64,000 nt of DNA from Pseudomonadota bacterium (GCA_039029275.1 JBCCGL010000007.1:213428-277427); one strand, 5' to 3'; shown: positions 35,879-46,927, numbered from the stretch's first letter. Numbers and translations are program-made. The notes: generated by a model not told the origin, from the sequence alone.

Positions 35879-36516
35879 GCGGCGTTTTTCTCGTTACGAG
35901 ACGAGCGTCTAACCGAATCCGAATGCAGCAGTTCAACAAGCTTGATTGCTTCTTGCTCCATCTCCACAACCAGTGCGTCGACCCGCCCGCGAAAGAATCT
36001 GTGAAACATCATCGAGGGAATAGCGACTGACAAGCCAGCTGCGGTCGTGATAAGCGCTTGCGAAATGCCGCTGGCGAGTTCGCCGGGATCCCCAACCCCA
36101 ACACTGGTGATCGTAGTGAACACGCTAATCATACCTACCACTGTGCCGAGTAAGCCAAGTAACGGAGTCACAGCCGCAATCGTACCGAGCGCGTTGAGAA
36201 ACCGTTCCAAGTCGTGCGCGACGTGACGCCCGACATCCTCAACTATCCCCTTTAGCACGGTGCGATCTTTAGAGCGATTAATCAACCCTGCTGCGAGAAT
36301 GCGTCCAAACGGTGATCCTTCCTGTAGCGCTCGAATGTGGTCGTCGTTCAGGGTCTTGCTGTTCACCAGGCGCCGGGTATTGGTAACCAGGTTGGCAGGC
36401 AAAACCTTACTCGGTCTCAGTGTCCAGAAACGCTCCCCGATAACTGCCAGAGCGACAATCGAACACAACACTATGGGTAGCATAAGCCACCCTCCCGCTA
36501 CTACCAGCTCGTACAC
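35875..36516 (-). CDS. exbB: MotA/TolQ/ExbB proton-channel protein
   Basis: 213 aa, three TM helices. Confidence 0.85.
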   Translation of the reverse strand: MYELVVAGGWLMLPIVLCSIVALAVIGERFWTLRPSKVLPANLVTNTRRLVNSKTLNDDHIRALQEGSPFGRILAAGLINRSKDRTVLKGIVEDVGRHVAHDLERFLNALGTIAAVTPLLGLLGTVVGMISVFTTITSVGVGDPGELASGISQALITTAAGLSVAIPSMMFHRFFRGRVDALVVEMEQEAIKLVELLHSDSVRRSSRNEKNAA

Positions 36517-36575
36517 GCAATCGCTCCGAAATTCATTTTGCTGTCAGGTCTGCTGACGACGGGCGCAATGATACT

Positions 36576-38882
36576 TTATTCGGCAATCGCGGTGAATGCG
36601 GGATTGCCCGCTTGATGATGCCAAAAGCGCAATTGGTCATTACGGAACGAATAGGCGCGCCAATCCGTGTGATCATCAAGAAGTTCGAAGACAACTGCAC
36701 CATGATGATCGCTTCGCCATAAGGCCGCATCTGTTTGAGAATACCGATTAACTACATCTTGTTTCGGAAAGCCAAAGCGATTTCGGTAACCAACAGGAAA
36801 GACCACATGATCCGGCTCGACCGCGGCTATGAATGCTGGCGTGGATGAACTGGCACTTCCATGGTGTGGTGCAAGCAAAATATCGGCGGAAACGTTCTGG
36901 TGCGAGCGCAGGAGACGACTTTCGCTGGTGTGCTCGATATCCCCGGGCAACAACACGGCCCGCTCACCGAAGGAAACTCGCAGCACGCAGGATCGATCAT
37001 TTCGATTACTTGAGGGTTTTCCTGCAGATGGATGCAATATCTCGAATAGTACCCCGTCCCAGTTCCAGGTCTGGCCTTGAAAGCAAGGCTTCGCCGGGCG
37101 TGGAAGCATCAGTGGATTGCCGCTAAGCAGACGCTCGATATCGACATTCTCAACCAGATCGTTGAAGCCGCCTCGATGATCGAGATCTCCGTGTGAAATG
37201 ATCACAGCGTCAAGCTTGCGGATTCCCAGCTGACGCAACGTGGGTACAATTACTGCGCTGCCCGCGTTAAAAGAATCAGAAAACCGACCGCCCGTGTCGT
37301 AAAGCAAATTGTGGTTGCGCGTGCGCACCAATACCGACAGGCCTTGACCGACGTCGAGTGCTGTAACCTGCAAATCACCCTCCAATGGCTGGGGACGCAC
37401 TGCTGCTACAATGAGCGAAACGCCTCGCGACACTAACACCAACACCCGAGGTGTACGTGCAGGTAATAAAGCGACCGCGCCCATCATGAGGACCGTACCG
37501 ATAACAGCCGGGCTTGTTGGAATTGCGACAGTCTCTAGCCAGCCGTGACTATCCAGCAGCCCCAGACACCGCCAGAACATGTCGATTAATAGGTCGCACA
37601 CCTTCAAAATCAGCAGTCCGCTCGGTGCGTGAACCAAGCTTAAGACCACACCAAAAAGTGTTGTCGGGACGACTAAAAGCCCGATCCAGGGCACTGCGAT
37701 TGAATTTATCAACGCACTGGTTACAGGAATCTGACCAAACTGTGTTAGCAGTAATGGCGACAAACCAATTGCAATGACCACCTGCAGCGCCAGCAATCGC
37801 GCAATGCGCGTCGGTGATCCGAGCCGTCCACCAAGGTACAAAAAGATCACGCCAACTGCGCCAAACGACAACCAAAAGTCTGCGCCTAAACCCGCAAACG
37901 GATCGATCAACAACACAGCCAGCAGAGCGAGACCGTAACCTGACAATGGGCTAAATTGACGCTGACAGAAGGCGTAAATTGCGGGCACCATTAACATGGC
38001 GATGGCTCGCTGCGTGGGCAGAGAAAAACCGGCCATCGCGGCGTAGCAACAGGCGGCGACCGCAGCAATAGCCCAACCTAATGTCGGTCTGGAGATAGCG
38101 TATTTCAGCGTTCCGGAAAATCGCCACACCAAACCCGACAAGAAATACATCAATGTCGCTATCAAGCCGATATGAAGCCCCGAGATGGCAAACAGGTGAT
38201 TTGTGCCGCTGCGGGTTAACCGGTCCCACTGCACAGTAGCCAACCCAGACCGATCGCCAAGGCTTAACCCGATTATCGTGCCGAAATGATCAAGATGCCC
38301 GGCTGTAGTTGTAAGAGAGCTGTATAGGCGCTGTCTCAAGGATTGTAAAGAGATGTCAGACGCAGCACTTTTGAGCGCAAAATTGTCACCTTTGCGCAGG
38401 ACGTAGCCGGTCGCGCGAATGTTTTTACGGAAGAGCCAGGCCTCGTAATCAAAACCACCGGGGTTTCGAAATCCGTGCGGTTGCTTGAGCTTGACGGTGA
38501 GTTGCCAACGGTCGCCCGCCCTTACGTTTGCATCGGTGTTGTACCAGCTGATTCGCGTGTTAAGCCTGAAGGGTGAGTCAATTTCGAACAAAAACCGTGT
38601 CCGCGACGAGTTGGCATCAGGCAGGGACATCACAGTTCCCGTCACTGTTATTACCTCACCTTCGAAATATTGGCGCAATTCATTGTTGAGACGAAGATCG
38701 GCGTTGAAACAGACCCAGGAAAAACCGAGCAACGCAATTGCGAATAGCCGAGTGTGGCGATAAGTGAACCCGATAAGCGCGATTAGCGTAAGAGTAAGGG
38801 TAAACCACGCAGATGGTAGCTCATGCAAACACAACGCGACGAAATCGCCCACGAGAAAAGCTATCCCTGCCAGAAACACCAA
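36576..38882 (-). CDS. comEC: DNA internalisation-related competence protein ComEC/Rec2 (with metallo-beta-lactamase domain)
   Basis: 768 aa. Polytopic N-terminal half, C-terminal HGDLDH. Confidence 0.9.
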   Translation of the reverse strand: MVFLAGIAFLVGDFVALCLHELPSAWFTLTLTLIALIGFTYRHTRLFAIALLGFSWVCFNADLRLNNELRQYFEGEVITVTGTVMSLPDANSSRTRFLFEIDSPFRLNTRISWYNTDANVRAGDRWQLTVKLKQPHGFRNPGGFDYEAWLFRKNIRATGYVLRKGDNFALKSAASDISLQSLRQRLYSSLTTTAGHLDHFGTIIGLSLGDRSGLATVQWDRLTRSGTNHLFAISGLHIGLIATLMYFLSGLVWRFSGTLKYAISRPTLGWAIAAVAACCYAAMAGFSLPTQRAIAMLMVPAIYAFCQRQFSPLSGYGLALLAVLLIDPFAGLGADFWLSFGAVGVIFLYLGGRLGSPTRIARLLALQVVIAIGLSPLLLTQFGQIPVTSALINSIAVPWIGLLVVPTTLFGVVLSLVHAPSGLLILKVCDLLIDMFWRCLGLLDSHGWLETVAIPTSPAVIGTVLMMGAVALLPARTPRVLVLVSRGVSLIVAAVRPQPLEGDLQVTALDVGQGLSVLVRTRNHNLLYDTGGRFSDSFNAGSAVIVPTLRQLGIRKLDAVIISHGDLDHRGGFNDLVENVDIERLLSGNPLMLPRPAKPCFQGQTWNWDGVLFEILHPSAGKPSSNRNDRSCVLRVSFGERAVLLPGDIEHTSESRLLRSHQNVSADILLAPHHGSASSSTPAFIAAVEPDHVVFPVGYRNRFGFPKQDVVNRYSQTDAALWRSDHHGAVVFELLDDHTDWRAYSFRNDQLRFWHHQAGNPAFTAIAE

Positions 38883-38950
38883 TCAGCTCCCAAATCACGT
38901 CATGAAGATAACGCATCAAATCCGTTTGGCATTTATACTAATGGCTAAAC

Positions 38951-39541
38951 GTGCCGATAGCCACTCGACAATGTCAGCGTAGACTGATCAGACTCGGCAC
39001 TTCCAGGATATCGATCATCAAAAAACTGATTCGAAAATATATGCCCGATGAGGGTAGATTGCGACAATCGAGCGCGCTCGGATTTCTGGGAGATCTGATT
39101 CACGACAGCCGCTTGTGGCAATTCAACCGGCGAAGCGTAGCCAATGCGTTTGCACTCGGGATGTTTTCGATGTGGATTCCGATCCCAATGCAAATGTTAG
39201 TTGTTGCGCTGTTTGCAATTCCGTGCCGCGCAAACCTACCCATTGCAATTGCGCTGGTCTGGATCACCAATCCAATCACTTTGCCGCCTATGTTCCTGGG
39301 AGCATACCTGTTTGGTGCATGGGTACTTGGTCACGAAATGCAGGCCGTCGAGTTTGATATCAGTCTGGAGTGGCTCACCGGCACACTGCTTCAGATTTGG
39401 GAGCCATTTTTACTCGGTTGCGCGCTACTGGGAACTCTGAGTGCGGCTGCCGGCTATTTAACGATACAAATCGCCTGGCGATTTTATATACAAAACGCTA
39501 TTCAAAGAAGAAGAGACCGGAAGGCCCAGCGGGCAAATTAA
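38951..39541 (+). CDS. DUF2062-family membrane protein (true start probably ATG 39041)
   Basis: Hydrophobic, DUF2062-like. Confidence 0.55.
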   Translation: MPIATRQCQRRLIRLGTSRISIIKKLIRKYMPDEGRLRQSSALGFLGDLIHDSRLWQFNRRSVANAFALGMFSMWIPIPMQMLVVALFAIPCRANLPIAIALVWITNPITLPPMFLGAYLFGAWVLGHEMQAVEFDISLEWLTGTLLQIWEPFLLGCALLGTLSAAAGYLTIQIAWRFYIQNAIQRRRDRKAQRAN

Positions 39542-39579
39542 CACGCGCAGACCAACGAAATGAAAGTGGTCGAGTGGCT

Positions 39580-40341
39580 TTACGCCTCGTACTTTCGAAT
39601 ACCAAGTTTTTGCATCGTAGCAAAGCAGATAAACATAGGCACGATTGTGAAGTAGCGCTTCCACAACCGGCGAGGTTCTGTAATAAGTCGAAACAACCAC
39701 TCCAAGCCAGAACGTCGCAAAAACTTCGGCGCCTGACGGGTTCGACCCGCGTGAAAATCAAATGCTGCCCCCACTCCAACGAGCACCGGTGCGTGTAATT
39801 TGGCTCGATGTTCGGCCATCCATCGCTCCTGCTTTGGCGTGCTCAATCCGACCCAAACAATATCGGCTTCAGACGCATTAATTTGATTGGCAATTTCTTC
39901 GCTCTCCTGATCGGTGAGTGCACGAAACGGCGGTGATATGGCGCCTACAATCTGGATTTTGGGAAAACGCCGTTTTAGATTTGCCTGCAGCGCTGCCAGA
40001 GACTCCTCTGATGCCCCATAGAGAAAGTGGCGATATCCGTGGTCGTGCCCGTGATTGATCACTTCGAGCATGAGGTCAGGACCGTATACGCGGTCAGCCT
40101 GTTTGTGGCCTTCGCTGCGCATAAACCAAACCAATGGCATACCATCAGGAGTAACCAGGCCAGCATGATTGTGGATTTGCTTCAGCGCATCGTCAAACTG
40201 GCTTTCAATTATGCCGTGTACCGACGTCACACAAACGTACCGAGCAACCCGTTTGCCAATCCACGAGTGAATGGTGCCGACTGCTTCTGGCATATTGGTC
40301 GCACTTTGTCGTACGCCAAGAATATTGCAACGTTCAACCAT
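39580..40341 (-). CDS. WecB/TagA/CpsF-family glycosyltransferase (start taken at MVERCNILG)
   Basis: LLYGASEE, RFPKIQIVG, IVWVGLSTPKQE. Confidence 0.8.
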   Translation of the reverse strand: MVERCNILGVRQSATNMPEAVGTIHSWIGKRVARYVCVTSVHGIIESQFDDALKQIHNHAGLVTPDGMPLVWFMRSEGHKQADRVYGPDLMLEVINHGHDHGYRHFLYGASEESLAALQANLKRRFPKIQIVGAISPPFRALTDQESEEIANQINASEADIVWVGLSTPKQERWMAEHRAKLHAPVLVGVGAAFDFHAGRTRQAPKFLRRSGLEWLFRLITEPRRLWKRYFTIVPMFICFATMQKLGIRKYEA

Positions 40342-41620
40342 TCTGGTATTGCCCCGGGGTGCTTTGGTTTGTTGTGTTTCGCTGCCCCGACTTACGCCGA
40401 TCAGCGAGCAGCACAACAAGGTCAGCTTGATCTTCGGCTAACCTTTCAGACGCTGCGACCAACGCCAGTATTAATAAAAATGTCGTGGGGTTTGGGATAA
40501 TCAGTACCGGATTAAATAGTCCGCCAATAACACCCGAAACGAGCATTCCCATCAAAAAGGCATCCTTCGATTTGATAGCAATGATCAATGCGTAGAAAAG
40601 GATGATCAGCATCAATCCCAGTCCGATAATGCCAGTTGTTAATGCCGCTTCCACGTAACTGTTGTGGGCATGTCCAGCGAACGCAAAATGCTCTAAAAGA
40701 AAATATCGACTGGAAAAATATCCGACACCGAAAAAAGGGCTGTCTGATATAAATTCACTGGATTTTATCCATAGTGGAACTCGATTGTTTAAAGTCCAAA
40801 AGTCACGCGGCAAATTCTCGATGATGTCACCTGACAATAGGAAAACGACGAAAACCAACACGCATGCGACTGTGCAAAACCACAGTGCTACTCGCGTAGT
40901 GATTCCGCCAGAAAAATACATCACAACTGCTACAACGAGGGGGCACATCCCGATGAGGTTACGTCCGTGGGTCAAGAGAAGTATGTAGAAAAACACACCA
41001 CCGAGTATTAATTTGAGTGCAATGGGTGCACGTAATACGGTAGTAATAATTATTGCAATCAACATCAGCTCACCGGTTTCAAGAGGGTGAGAATAGCCGA
41101 GGTAAAAGCGACCTGGGCGACCGCTCCATTCGGATGCCTCGGTAAATCTAAACGGCGATCCTCCTTCTATCGCAAAGTTGGCGAATATCAATGCCACCAC
41201 CGCCGCAAAGACGCCTAACGCAATTACACGCAGAAAGCTGTTGGAGTCCAAAATGTCGAGCCCCTTCATGTAAACCACAAGCGCAACTGCGATGAAGTAA
41301 CATAGAATGAGCTCACCTCCTTTGCCGAACGACAATACGGGGTTTGTCGACCATAAAAATGTGAGCATCGCCCAGACGGCATACGCCAGTACTACAAACC
41401 ATCCTGCCGACTTAATCGCAACATAGCACTGGTTCACTATGATCGCTATGACGATAATTCCGGATGCGGCCAACAAAAGTCCGATTTCAATCACACGACT
41501 AATGCTGGACTCGCTGGTCATTACATTGCCAGTTTCCACAACGGGCATAAAAGCCATCACAACCAGAAAAATGATACAGGCAGGCAGATACAGGGTTGAC
41601 ATGTGGCCAGGACGATTCAC
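40334..41620 (-). CDS. O-antigen ligase / Wzy-like polytopic membrane protein
   Basis: 428 aa, 10 or more TM helices, Wzy_C-like loop. Confidence 0.7.
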   Translation of the reverse strand: MNRPGHMSTLYLPACIIFLVVMAFMPVVETGNVMTSESSISRVIEIGLLLAASGIIVIAIIVNQCYVAIKSAGWFVVLAYAVWAMLTFLWSTNPVLSFGKGGELILCYFIAVALVVYMKGLDILDSNSFLRVIALGVFAAVVALIFANFAIEGGSPFRFTEASEWSGRPGRFYLGYSHPLETGELMLIAIIITTVLRAPIALKLILGGVFFYILLLTHGRNLIGMCPLVVAVVMYFSGGITTRVALWFCTVACVLVFVVFLLSGDIIENLPRDFWTLNNRVPLWIKSSEFISDSPFFGVGYFSSRYFLLEHFAFAGHAHNSYVEAALTTGIIGLGLMLIILFYALIIAIKSKDAFLMGMLVSGVIGGLFNPVLIIPNPTTFLLILALVAASERLAEDQADLVVLLADRRKSGQRNTTNQSTPGQYQNG

Positions 41621-41622
41621 TG

Positions 41623-42822
41623 TCAGTGCCTTATGTGATTGCCGGCGCGGGTTTGTTGCGACGTTTGCATTGCCTGTTCGTAGATATCCATCAGCAGAGG
41701 ATAGTTTGATTCCTCCGTGTAGTTATCAAGATAAGTATTACGCGCATTGTTTCGCATTGTTGCGAGCTGTCGGTGCGATGTGCTGTATATTTCGGCTATT
41801 TTATCAGCCAGGTCGCCGGAATTCGTTGGCTCGAAAAATAGTCCGTTTACGCCATTGTTAACCAGCTCTGAAATACCTCCGATATTGGAGGCGACAACAG
41901 GTGTTCCTTTTGAAAATGACTCTATCACCGTACGACCAAACGGCTCATACCATCGTGATGGGATGACCAGGCATTTAGCCTCCCCTACTATCTTCATGGT
42001 TTGCTCAAGTGGTAATTGACCCAACCATTCGATGTTACAGCTTAAAGACGCTTGACGCGCAAGATCTGCCATAGGTCCGTCGCCAATTATCTTCAATTGA
42101 TAGTTAGAACCGAGTATTTCCCATGCACTCAGTAACGTTTCTAAATCCTTTTCTTCAGATAGACGACCAACAAACACCGCGTAGTTTCCTGACCCTTGTC
42201 CTTTGTCAATTTCACCTGATAGAAAATTCGGTTTAACAAACATACGTTGCGGGTCAAATCCAGCTTCGATATATTTTTTCCGAGTGAACTCGCTGATAGC
42301 AAAAAATGCGCTCACCTTTTTCTGCCAGGTACGAACGGAACGGTGAACCGCATTATGGAGCGTGAGGATCGTGGACGCGGCCAAGTCACCCCGGTAACAT
42401 TTGTGAACGATTGCGGGATACGCAATACGTTTATTAATGCACTTCTCGCAGATGCTTCCCTGCCTCAATAACGTTGCGCCGGGACAGATTAAGCGATAAT
42501 TTCTTAGCGACTGAACGACAGCGACGCCTTTCTTCTGCGCCGCAAAGTAAACAGACGGTGAAAGCAGCGGGAATATATTGGTGCAGTGAATGACATCCGG
42601 CTTGAAATCGCTAATCTTCTTCTCAACACGGCGATAAGAATTGCGACTCCAGAAAGTATCGATTGCTAATGCAATTTTCCCTTGATCGTTTACCTGATCG
42701 TTGTGCACGGTTAGTGTTTCGACAGCGTGGCCATGATTCCTGAGCATCGAAATTTCGTCATGAAACGACAGGTCTTCACCACCGCGAAGTTGGTAATAAT
42801 TGTGGCAGGCGAGTACGCGCAT
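41623..42822 (-). CDS. Glycosyltransferase family 4
   Basis: GT4 EX7E-type C-terminal region. Start ATG shares one nucleotide with the upstream stop. Confidence 0.85.
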   Translation of the reverse strand: MRVLACHNYYQLRGGEDLSFHDEISMLRNHGHAVETLTVHNDQVNDQGKIALAIDTFWSRNSYRRVEKKISDFKPDVIHCTNIFPLLSPSVYFAAQKKGVAVVQSLRNYRLICPGATLLRQGSICEKCINKRIAYPAIVHKCYRGDLAASTILTLHNAVHRSVRTWQKKVSAFFAISEFTRKKYIEAGFDPQRMFVKPNFLSGEIDKGQGSGNYAVFVGRLSEEKDLETLLSAWEILGSNYQLKIIGDGPMADLARQASLSCNIEWLGQLPLEQTMKIVGEAKCLVIPSRWYEPFGRTVIESFSKGTPVVASNIGGISELVNNGVNGLFFEPTNSGDLADKIAEIYSTSHRQLATMRNNARNTYLDNYTEESNYPLLMDIYEQAMQTSQQTRAGNHIRH

Positions 42823-43463
42823 TACACCACAATTTTTCTGCAATAAAATGCTTCGGCGTAACCGCTCTTTGCGTTGCATTCGATGCCGCGAATGCGCATC
42901 AAACTTTCAAATGTCTCACGAGAAAACCAATTTTTCTCGAATTGACTTGTAAAGCACTGGGTCAGATAGTCCACCTTATTTTTAACTGTCTCAGGTTCCA
43001 GTCGAAAATAAAGGTTGGGCTGACCCAGATCGCCTTCATACTTTGGAATTTCATATTCCAGAATCAGATTGTCACGAAACGTATTCCAGCATACCTCACC
43101 TAACAAGCGATGGTCCTGATGCCGATCTTCAAGCCTATGTGTGATGACCAGATCCGGATTGAATTCTCCTCGTAATTCACTGAATAGAGCTTTTATTTCT
43201 TTGTGTGAGTCAAACAAAAGGGTGTCGGTAAATGATTCGCATCTGACATTTGCATGTTTGGCGGTGGCGAGAAATTTTTGGGCAGACGCTTCGGCTTCTT
43301 TAAGCCTGACCCCGTTTGCACTCATGACTAACCAGTAAACTCTGATATTGGGGTTTGAGTCAATAAGTTGTAGAAGCGCACCACCGCAGCCGATTTCGAT
43401 GTCGTCGGCGTGTGCTCCCACCAGTAGAACGCTGCCAATTGACGAAAGATCTGGATGATACAT
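42822..43463 (-). CDS. PIG-L / LmbE-family N-acetylglucosaminyl deacetylase
   Basis: LLVGAHADDIEIGCGG. Confidence 0.8.
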   Translation of the reverse strand: MYHPDLSSIGSVLLVGAHADDIEIGCGGALLQLIDSNPNIRVYWLVMSANGVRLKEAEASAQKFLATAKHANVRCESFTDTLLFDSHKEIKALFSELRGEFNPDLVITHRLEDRHQDHRLLGEVCWNTFRDNLILEYEIPKYEGDLGQPNLYFRLEPETVKNKVDYLTQCFTSQFEKNWFSRETFESLMRIRGIECNAKSGYAEAFYCRKIVV

Positions 43464-43490
43464 TGAGCGGCCCGGTTTTCGATCTAAGTC

Positions 43491-44210
43491 TTAGTCGGAG
43501 AAAACCCAGGGAGCTTCACCGCTGGCATACATTTCATCAAGCATCGCTTTCTCCTTATAAGTGTCCATGCAGCCCCAAAAGCCCGGGTAATGATACGCGT
43601 GAAGTTTTTCTGCATTGATTAAACGGTCAAAGGGTTCTTCAACGAGCTCTTCACCTTCGTTGATATGCTCGAAAATATCGTAGTCGAATATAAAAAAACC
43701 GCCATTCATCCAAACTCCGGCCTGATCGACAGGATATATTTTCTGCACTTGCCCGCTATCCTTGGACTCAATTACGTGGAAGCTGTGGTACTTGGGTGAG
43801 ACAGCAACAAACGTAGCAGTGCCCTCACTGGCTTTGTGAAATTCATACATTTTGCTAAGTCGCACACTCGACAAACCGTCGGCGTAATTCGCAAAAAATG
43901 TCTCCCCTGGTTCAAAGCACTCACGGGACGCTAGAAGTCGCTGGCCGAGGTTTGCGTCTATCCCCGTGTCACGAACGCTGATTGTCCAGTCATTTGGAAC
44001 GCAATCGGGTCGCTTGCTGAAGTAATCCCTGATGATGTCGGCTTTCCAGCCCACGCACAAAATGAATTCAGTGTGTCCAAAGTACGCGTAGTAATGCATG
44101 ATGTGGACGACCATTGGTCTGTCGCCAACGGGAACCATCGGTTTTGGCAAAGGGTTAGTGTCGCCGCCAAGACGCATTCCCATACCACCGCAAAAAAGTA
44201 ATACTTTCAC
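43491..44210 (-). CDS. rfbF: Glucose-1-phosphate cytidylyltransferase
   Basis: 239 aa, FCGGMGMRLG. Confidence 0.88.
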   Translation of the reverse strand: MKVLLFCGGMGMRLGGDTNPLPKPMVPVGDRPMVVHIMHYYAYFGHTEFILCVGWKADIIRDYFSKRPDCVPNDWTISVRDTGIDANLGQRLLASRECFEPGETFFANYADGLSSVRLSKMYEFHKASEGTATFVAVSPKYHSFHVIESKDSGQVQKIYPVDQAGVWMNGGFFIFDYDIFEHINEGEELVEEPFDRLINAEKLHAYHYPGFWGCMDTYKEKAMLDEMYASGEAPWVFSD

Positions 44211-44252
44211 CTACGAGCCTCCAAGCAAACCTGGCGTACGAAAATGATCATT

Positions 44253-45530
44253 TTAAAAAACATCAAGGTGTGGGATCGGTACTACAAATTTACATCCCCA
44301 TTCACGAACGTAGGCGAGCTGATCAGTGATTTCTTCCCGTAAGTTCCAGGGCAAAATAAGTATGTAGTCAGGCCTGGTTTTTGCTATCACATCCGGAGAG
44401 TGAATAGGGATATGGCTGCCAGGCATGAACTTGCCCTGTTTGAAATCGCTGCGATCAACCGTGTAGTCAAGAAAGTCCTCACGAATTCCACAATAGTTCA
44501 ACAGAGTACCGCCCTTACCGGGGGCACCGTAACCGACTACTGATTCGCCGGCACGTTTCTTATCGATCAGAAATTCGAGCAAGGCACGTTTTATTTCCTT
44601 TGCTCTATCGCTGAAGGCCTGATAAGTCTGCATCTGATCAAAACCGTCAGCGATCTCCTGTGATTTAACGCGATCGACAGAATTAGATACCTTGTGTGTC
44701 TGACAGTCCGCGTGTTTAACGTAGTAACGCAGTGAGCCACCGTGTGTTGGAAGCTCATCAACATCGAAAACAATCAGGTCGTGGGCCTCGAATATTTTTT
44801 GAGCACTGAGTAGTGAGTAGTACGAGAAATGTTCTTGATAAAATTGATCAAACTGATTGCCTTTGATCGTTTTTGCCACATGCGGTATTTCAACTGTCAG
44901 GACACCGTCATCCGCTAACGCTATTTTCATCCCCGCGACAAAATCATTGATGTCAGGGACATGACCAAAGACATTGTTTGCGATCAGCAAATTTGCTTTT
45001 CGCCCTTCTTCGGTCAAATCTCTTGCGCATTCGCTGCCAAAAAATCTGGCAATTGTCTCAATGCCTTTACTTCGCGCGTACTCCGCAATGTTTTCTGCAG
45101 GTTCAATACCTAAGGCCGGAATTCCACGTGCTTTAACGTATTGAAGGAGGTAACCGTCATTACTTGCGATTTCGATTACCTGGCTATTTGCGTCAATTCC
45201 AAACCGTTCAACCATATTACCTACGTAATCGTCAACATGTTTTAACCATGATTCAGAGAATGAAGAGAAATATGCGTAGTGGCTGTAGATTTCTTCACCG
45301 CTGACGAAATCCAGTACTTGAACAAGGTAACAGGAGCTGCACACATAGGCTTTGACCGGGTACGTGGGCTCCATAGAATCGAGCGCTTCACGCGCAACGT
45401 AGCTTTCGCACAATGGCTGCATGCCAAGATCGACGACTTGCTGTGTTAATTCTGACTCGCAAAACCGGCAGAAGTGTTTGCTAGCGGTCGCTCCGGCGAC
45501 TGAGGTTTTCATTGCGGCTTGGGCACTCAT
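44253..45530 (-). CDS. NDP-hexose C-methyltransferase (TylC3/TcaB9-like: N-terminal Cys4 zinc ribbon, SAM-MT, C-methyltransferase C-domain)
   Basis: CRFCESE...CSSCYLVQ Cys pairs. IASNDGYLL SAM motif. Confidence 0.75.
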   Translation of the reverse strand: MSAQAAMKTSVAGATASKHFCRFCESELTQQVVDLGMQPLCESYVAREALDSMEPTYPVKAYVCSSCYLVQVLDFVSGEEIYSHYAYFSSFSESWLKHVDDYVGNMVERFGIDANSQVIEIASNDGYLLQYVKARGIPALGIEPAENIAEYARSKGIETIARFFGSECARDLTEEGRKANLLIANNVFGHVPDINDFVAGMKIALADDGVLTVEIPHVAKTIKGNQFDQFYQEHFSYYSLLSAQKIFEAHDLIVFDVDELPTHGGSLRYYVKHADCQTHKVSNSVDRVKSQEIADGFDQMQTYQAFSDRAKEIKRALLEFLIDKKRAGESVVGYGAPGKGGTLLNYCGIREDFLDYTVDRSDFKQGKFMPGSHIPIHSPDVIAKTRPDYILILPWNLREEITDQLAYVREWGCKFVVPIPHLDVF

Positions 45531-45580
45531 ATTAATTCACGCATCTAGTGGAATATTGAAAAAAATCACGGCACCTGATA

Positions 45581-46927
45581 TCAGCATGCCTGCTCAATAC
45601 CTTGAATCATTTCGAGCAAATTTTTTTCTCTAAGCGTATTCGCTGCTCGCCTGAGGGTACCCACGCTTAATCCACTGCGCTGTGCGATGCTCAGCAAATC
45701 CTGTTCGCCATCGGCACAACTGAGCATCCATAAAACAGCTTTGTGAAATGCGTCGCGTCCTGCATCTCGCGAATACCCTTCATAAAGGTTGTGCGGCGCA
45801 AGAAAAGGCTCCGCGCCATTCAAAACGGTTTTGAATACCGCGTTTGCGTCTACCGCATGTAACATTGCGAGCACCTTGTCGTAGGAATCTTGCAGACTCT
45901 GAGGGCAGACGATGTCCATGTTGTCAGCCGAGGTGTGGTATTGCGGATACTCCCCGTACGGCGTCCGCATCACGCAACCGACAGGCAGATTGATACCTGG
46001 CGAGCAATACTGGCGCTCGTCGTGCCCCCAGGGCACAAATGGGCGAATGTCGTGATCGTCACCGCTTTGTTGCAAAATCAAATCTGCAGCCCTATCGAAC
46101 TCGCTTGTTGCATGCCGTGATTGCTTATAGTGTATATGACCACTGTCGCCTAAAAGGCCGATCGAATATCCGCCTTTGATCTTGTTGAGTTGATTTTCGT
46201 TTTTCGCAAGCCATGTAATCGAGCCGATTGTTGCGGGCACAAATACGAACCGAAAACTGTAGTGGCATTTTGACTGCAAAAGCGTTTTAGCCAAGAACGC
46301 CGATACTGCAATTCCTGAAACATTGTCGTTGGCAAGCGCTGGATGACAAATATGCGTGGAGACAATAATTTCCTCATTCGACGCGCCCGGTACAAGCACT
46401 TCGCCATAACTAAGAGAACCGTCGAAATGATCAGCATCAACAAATACCTTGAATCGCTCCCCGCTTCGGGCTTTCATATCGCGGTATTGCTGTCGCTTAA
46501 CACAAAAACCCCACGACGGCGTGAAGTACGATGTTCGATAAGGAACAGCATCGTCAAATTCATGAACTGTATATAAATGCGGCTCCAGTTCTTCCCAGGT
46601 GAAATATGCATCGACCGCCGTGCTGTAACTCATTAAATGCAAATTGGAGTTTTCGATATCGACAATCTTGCGACCGGTTGAGTCCGCGATATACGCAGCG
46701 TTGACTCGCCATTCTTTCGGCACAGTCCAGTCAAATACAGCCGTGCCAGTGGGAATTTCAAAAGTCTGGATTGGAACGTGCTCTCCAATCGCGTTTAGCG
46801 TCATCCGATTCCCATCGCCGGTGATACTGCGTGGAAGATCAAACAGTGTTTCCATGAACTCATAGATCGCGTCGCCTTCTACACTCGGTGAGGTTGCCGG
46901 ATGAACACTATGAGGTGAGTTTTTCAC
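45581..46927 (-). CDS. DUF4910 / COG4310 aminopeptidase-like (M28-like) domain protein with C-terminal winged-helix region
   Basis: 448 aa. Resembles the conserved unknown-function protein found in glycan clusters. Confidence 0.65.
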   Translation of the reverse strand: MKNSPHSVHPATSPSVEGDAIYEFMETLFDLPRSITGDGNRMTLNAIGEHVPIQTFEIPTGTAVFDWTVPKEWRVNAAYIADSTGRKIVDIENSNLHLMSYSTAVDAYFTWEELEPHLYTVHEFDDAVPYRTSYFTPSWGFCVKRQQYRDMKARSGERFKVFVDADHFDGSLSYGEVLVPGASNEEIIVSTHICHPALANDNVSGIAVSAFLAKTLLQSKCHYSFRFVFVPATIGSITWLAKNENQLNKIKGGYSIGLLGDSGHIHYKQSRHATSEFDRAADLILQQSGDDHDIRPFVPWGHDERQYCSPGINLPVGCVMRTPYGEYPQYHTSADNMDIVCPQSLQDSYDKVLAMLHAVDANAVFKTVLNGAEPFLAPHNLYEGYSRDAGRDAFHKAVLWMLSCADGEQDLLSIAQRSGLSVGTLRRAANTLREKNLLEMIQGIEQAC

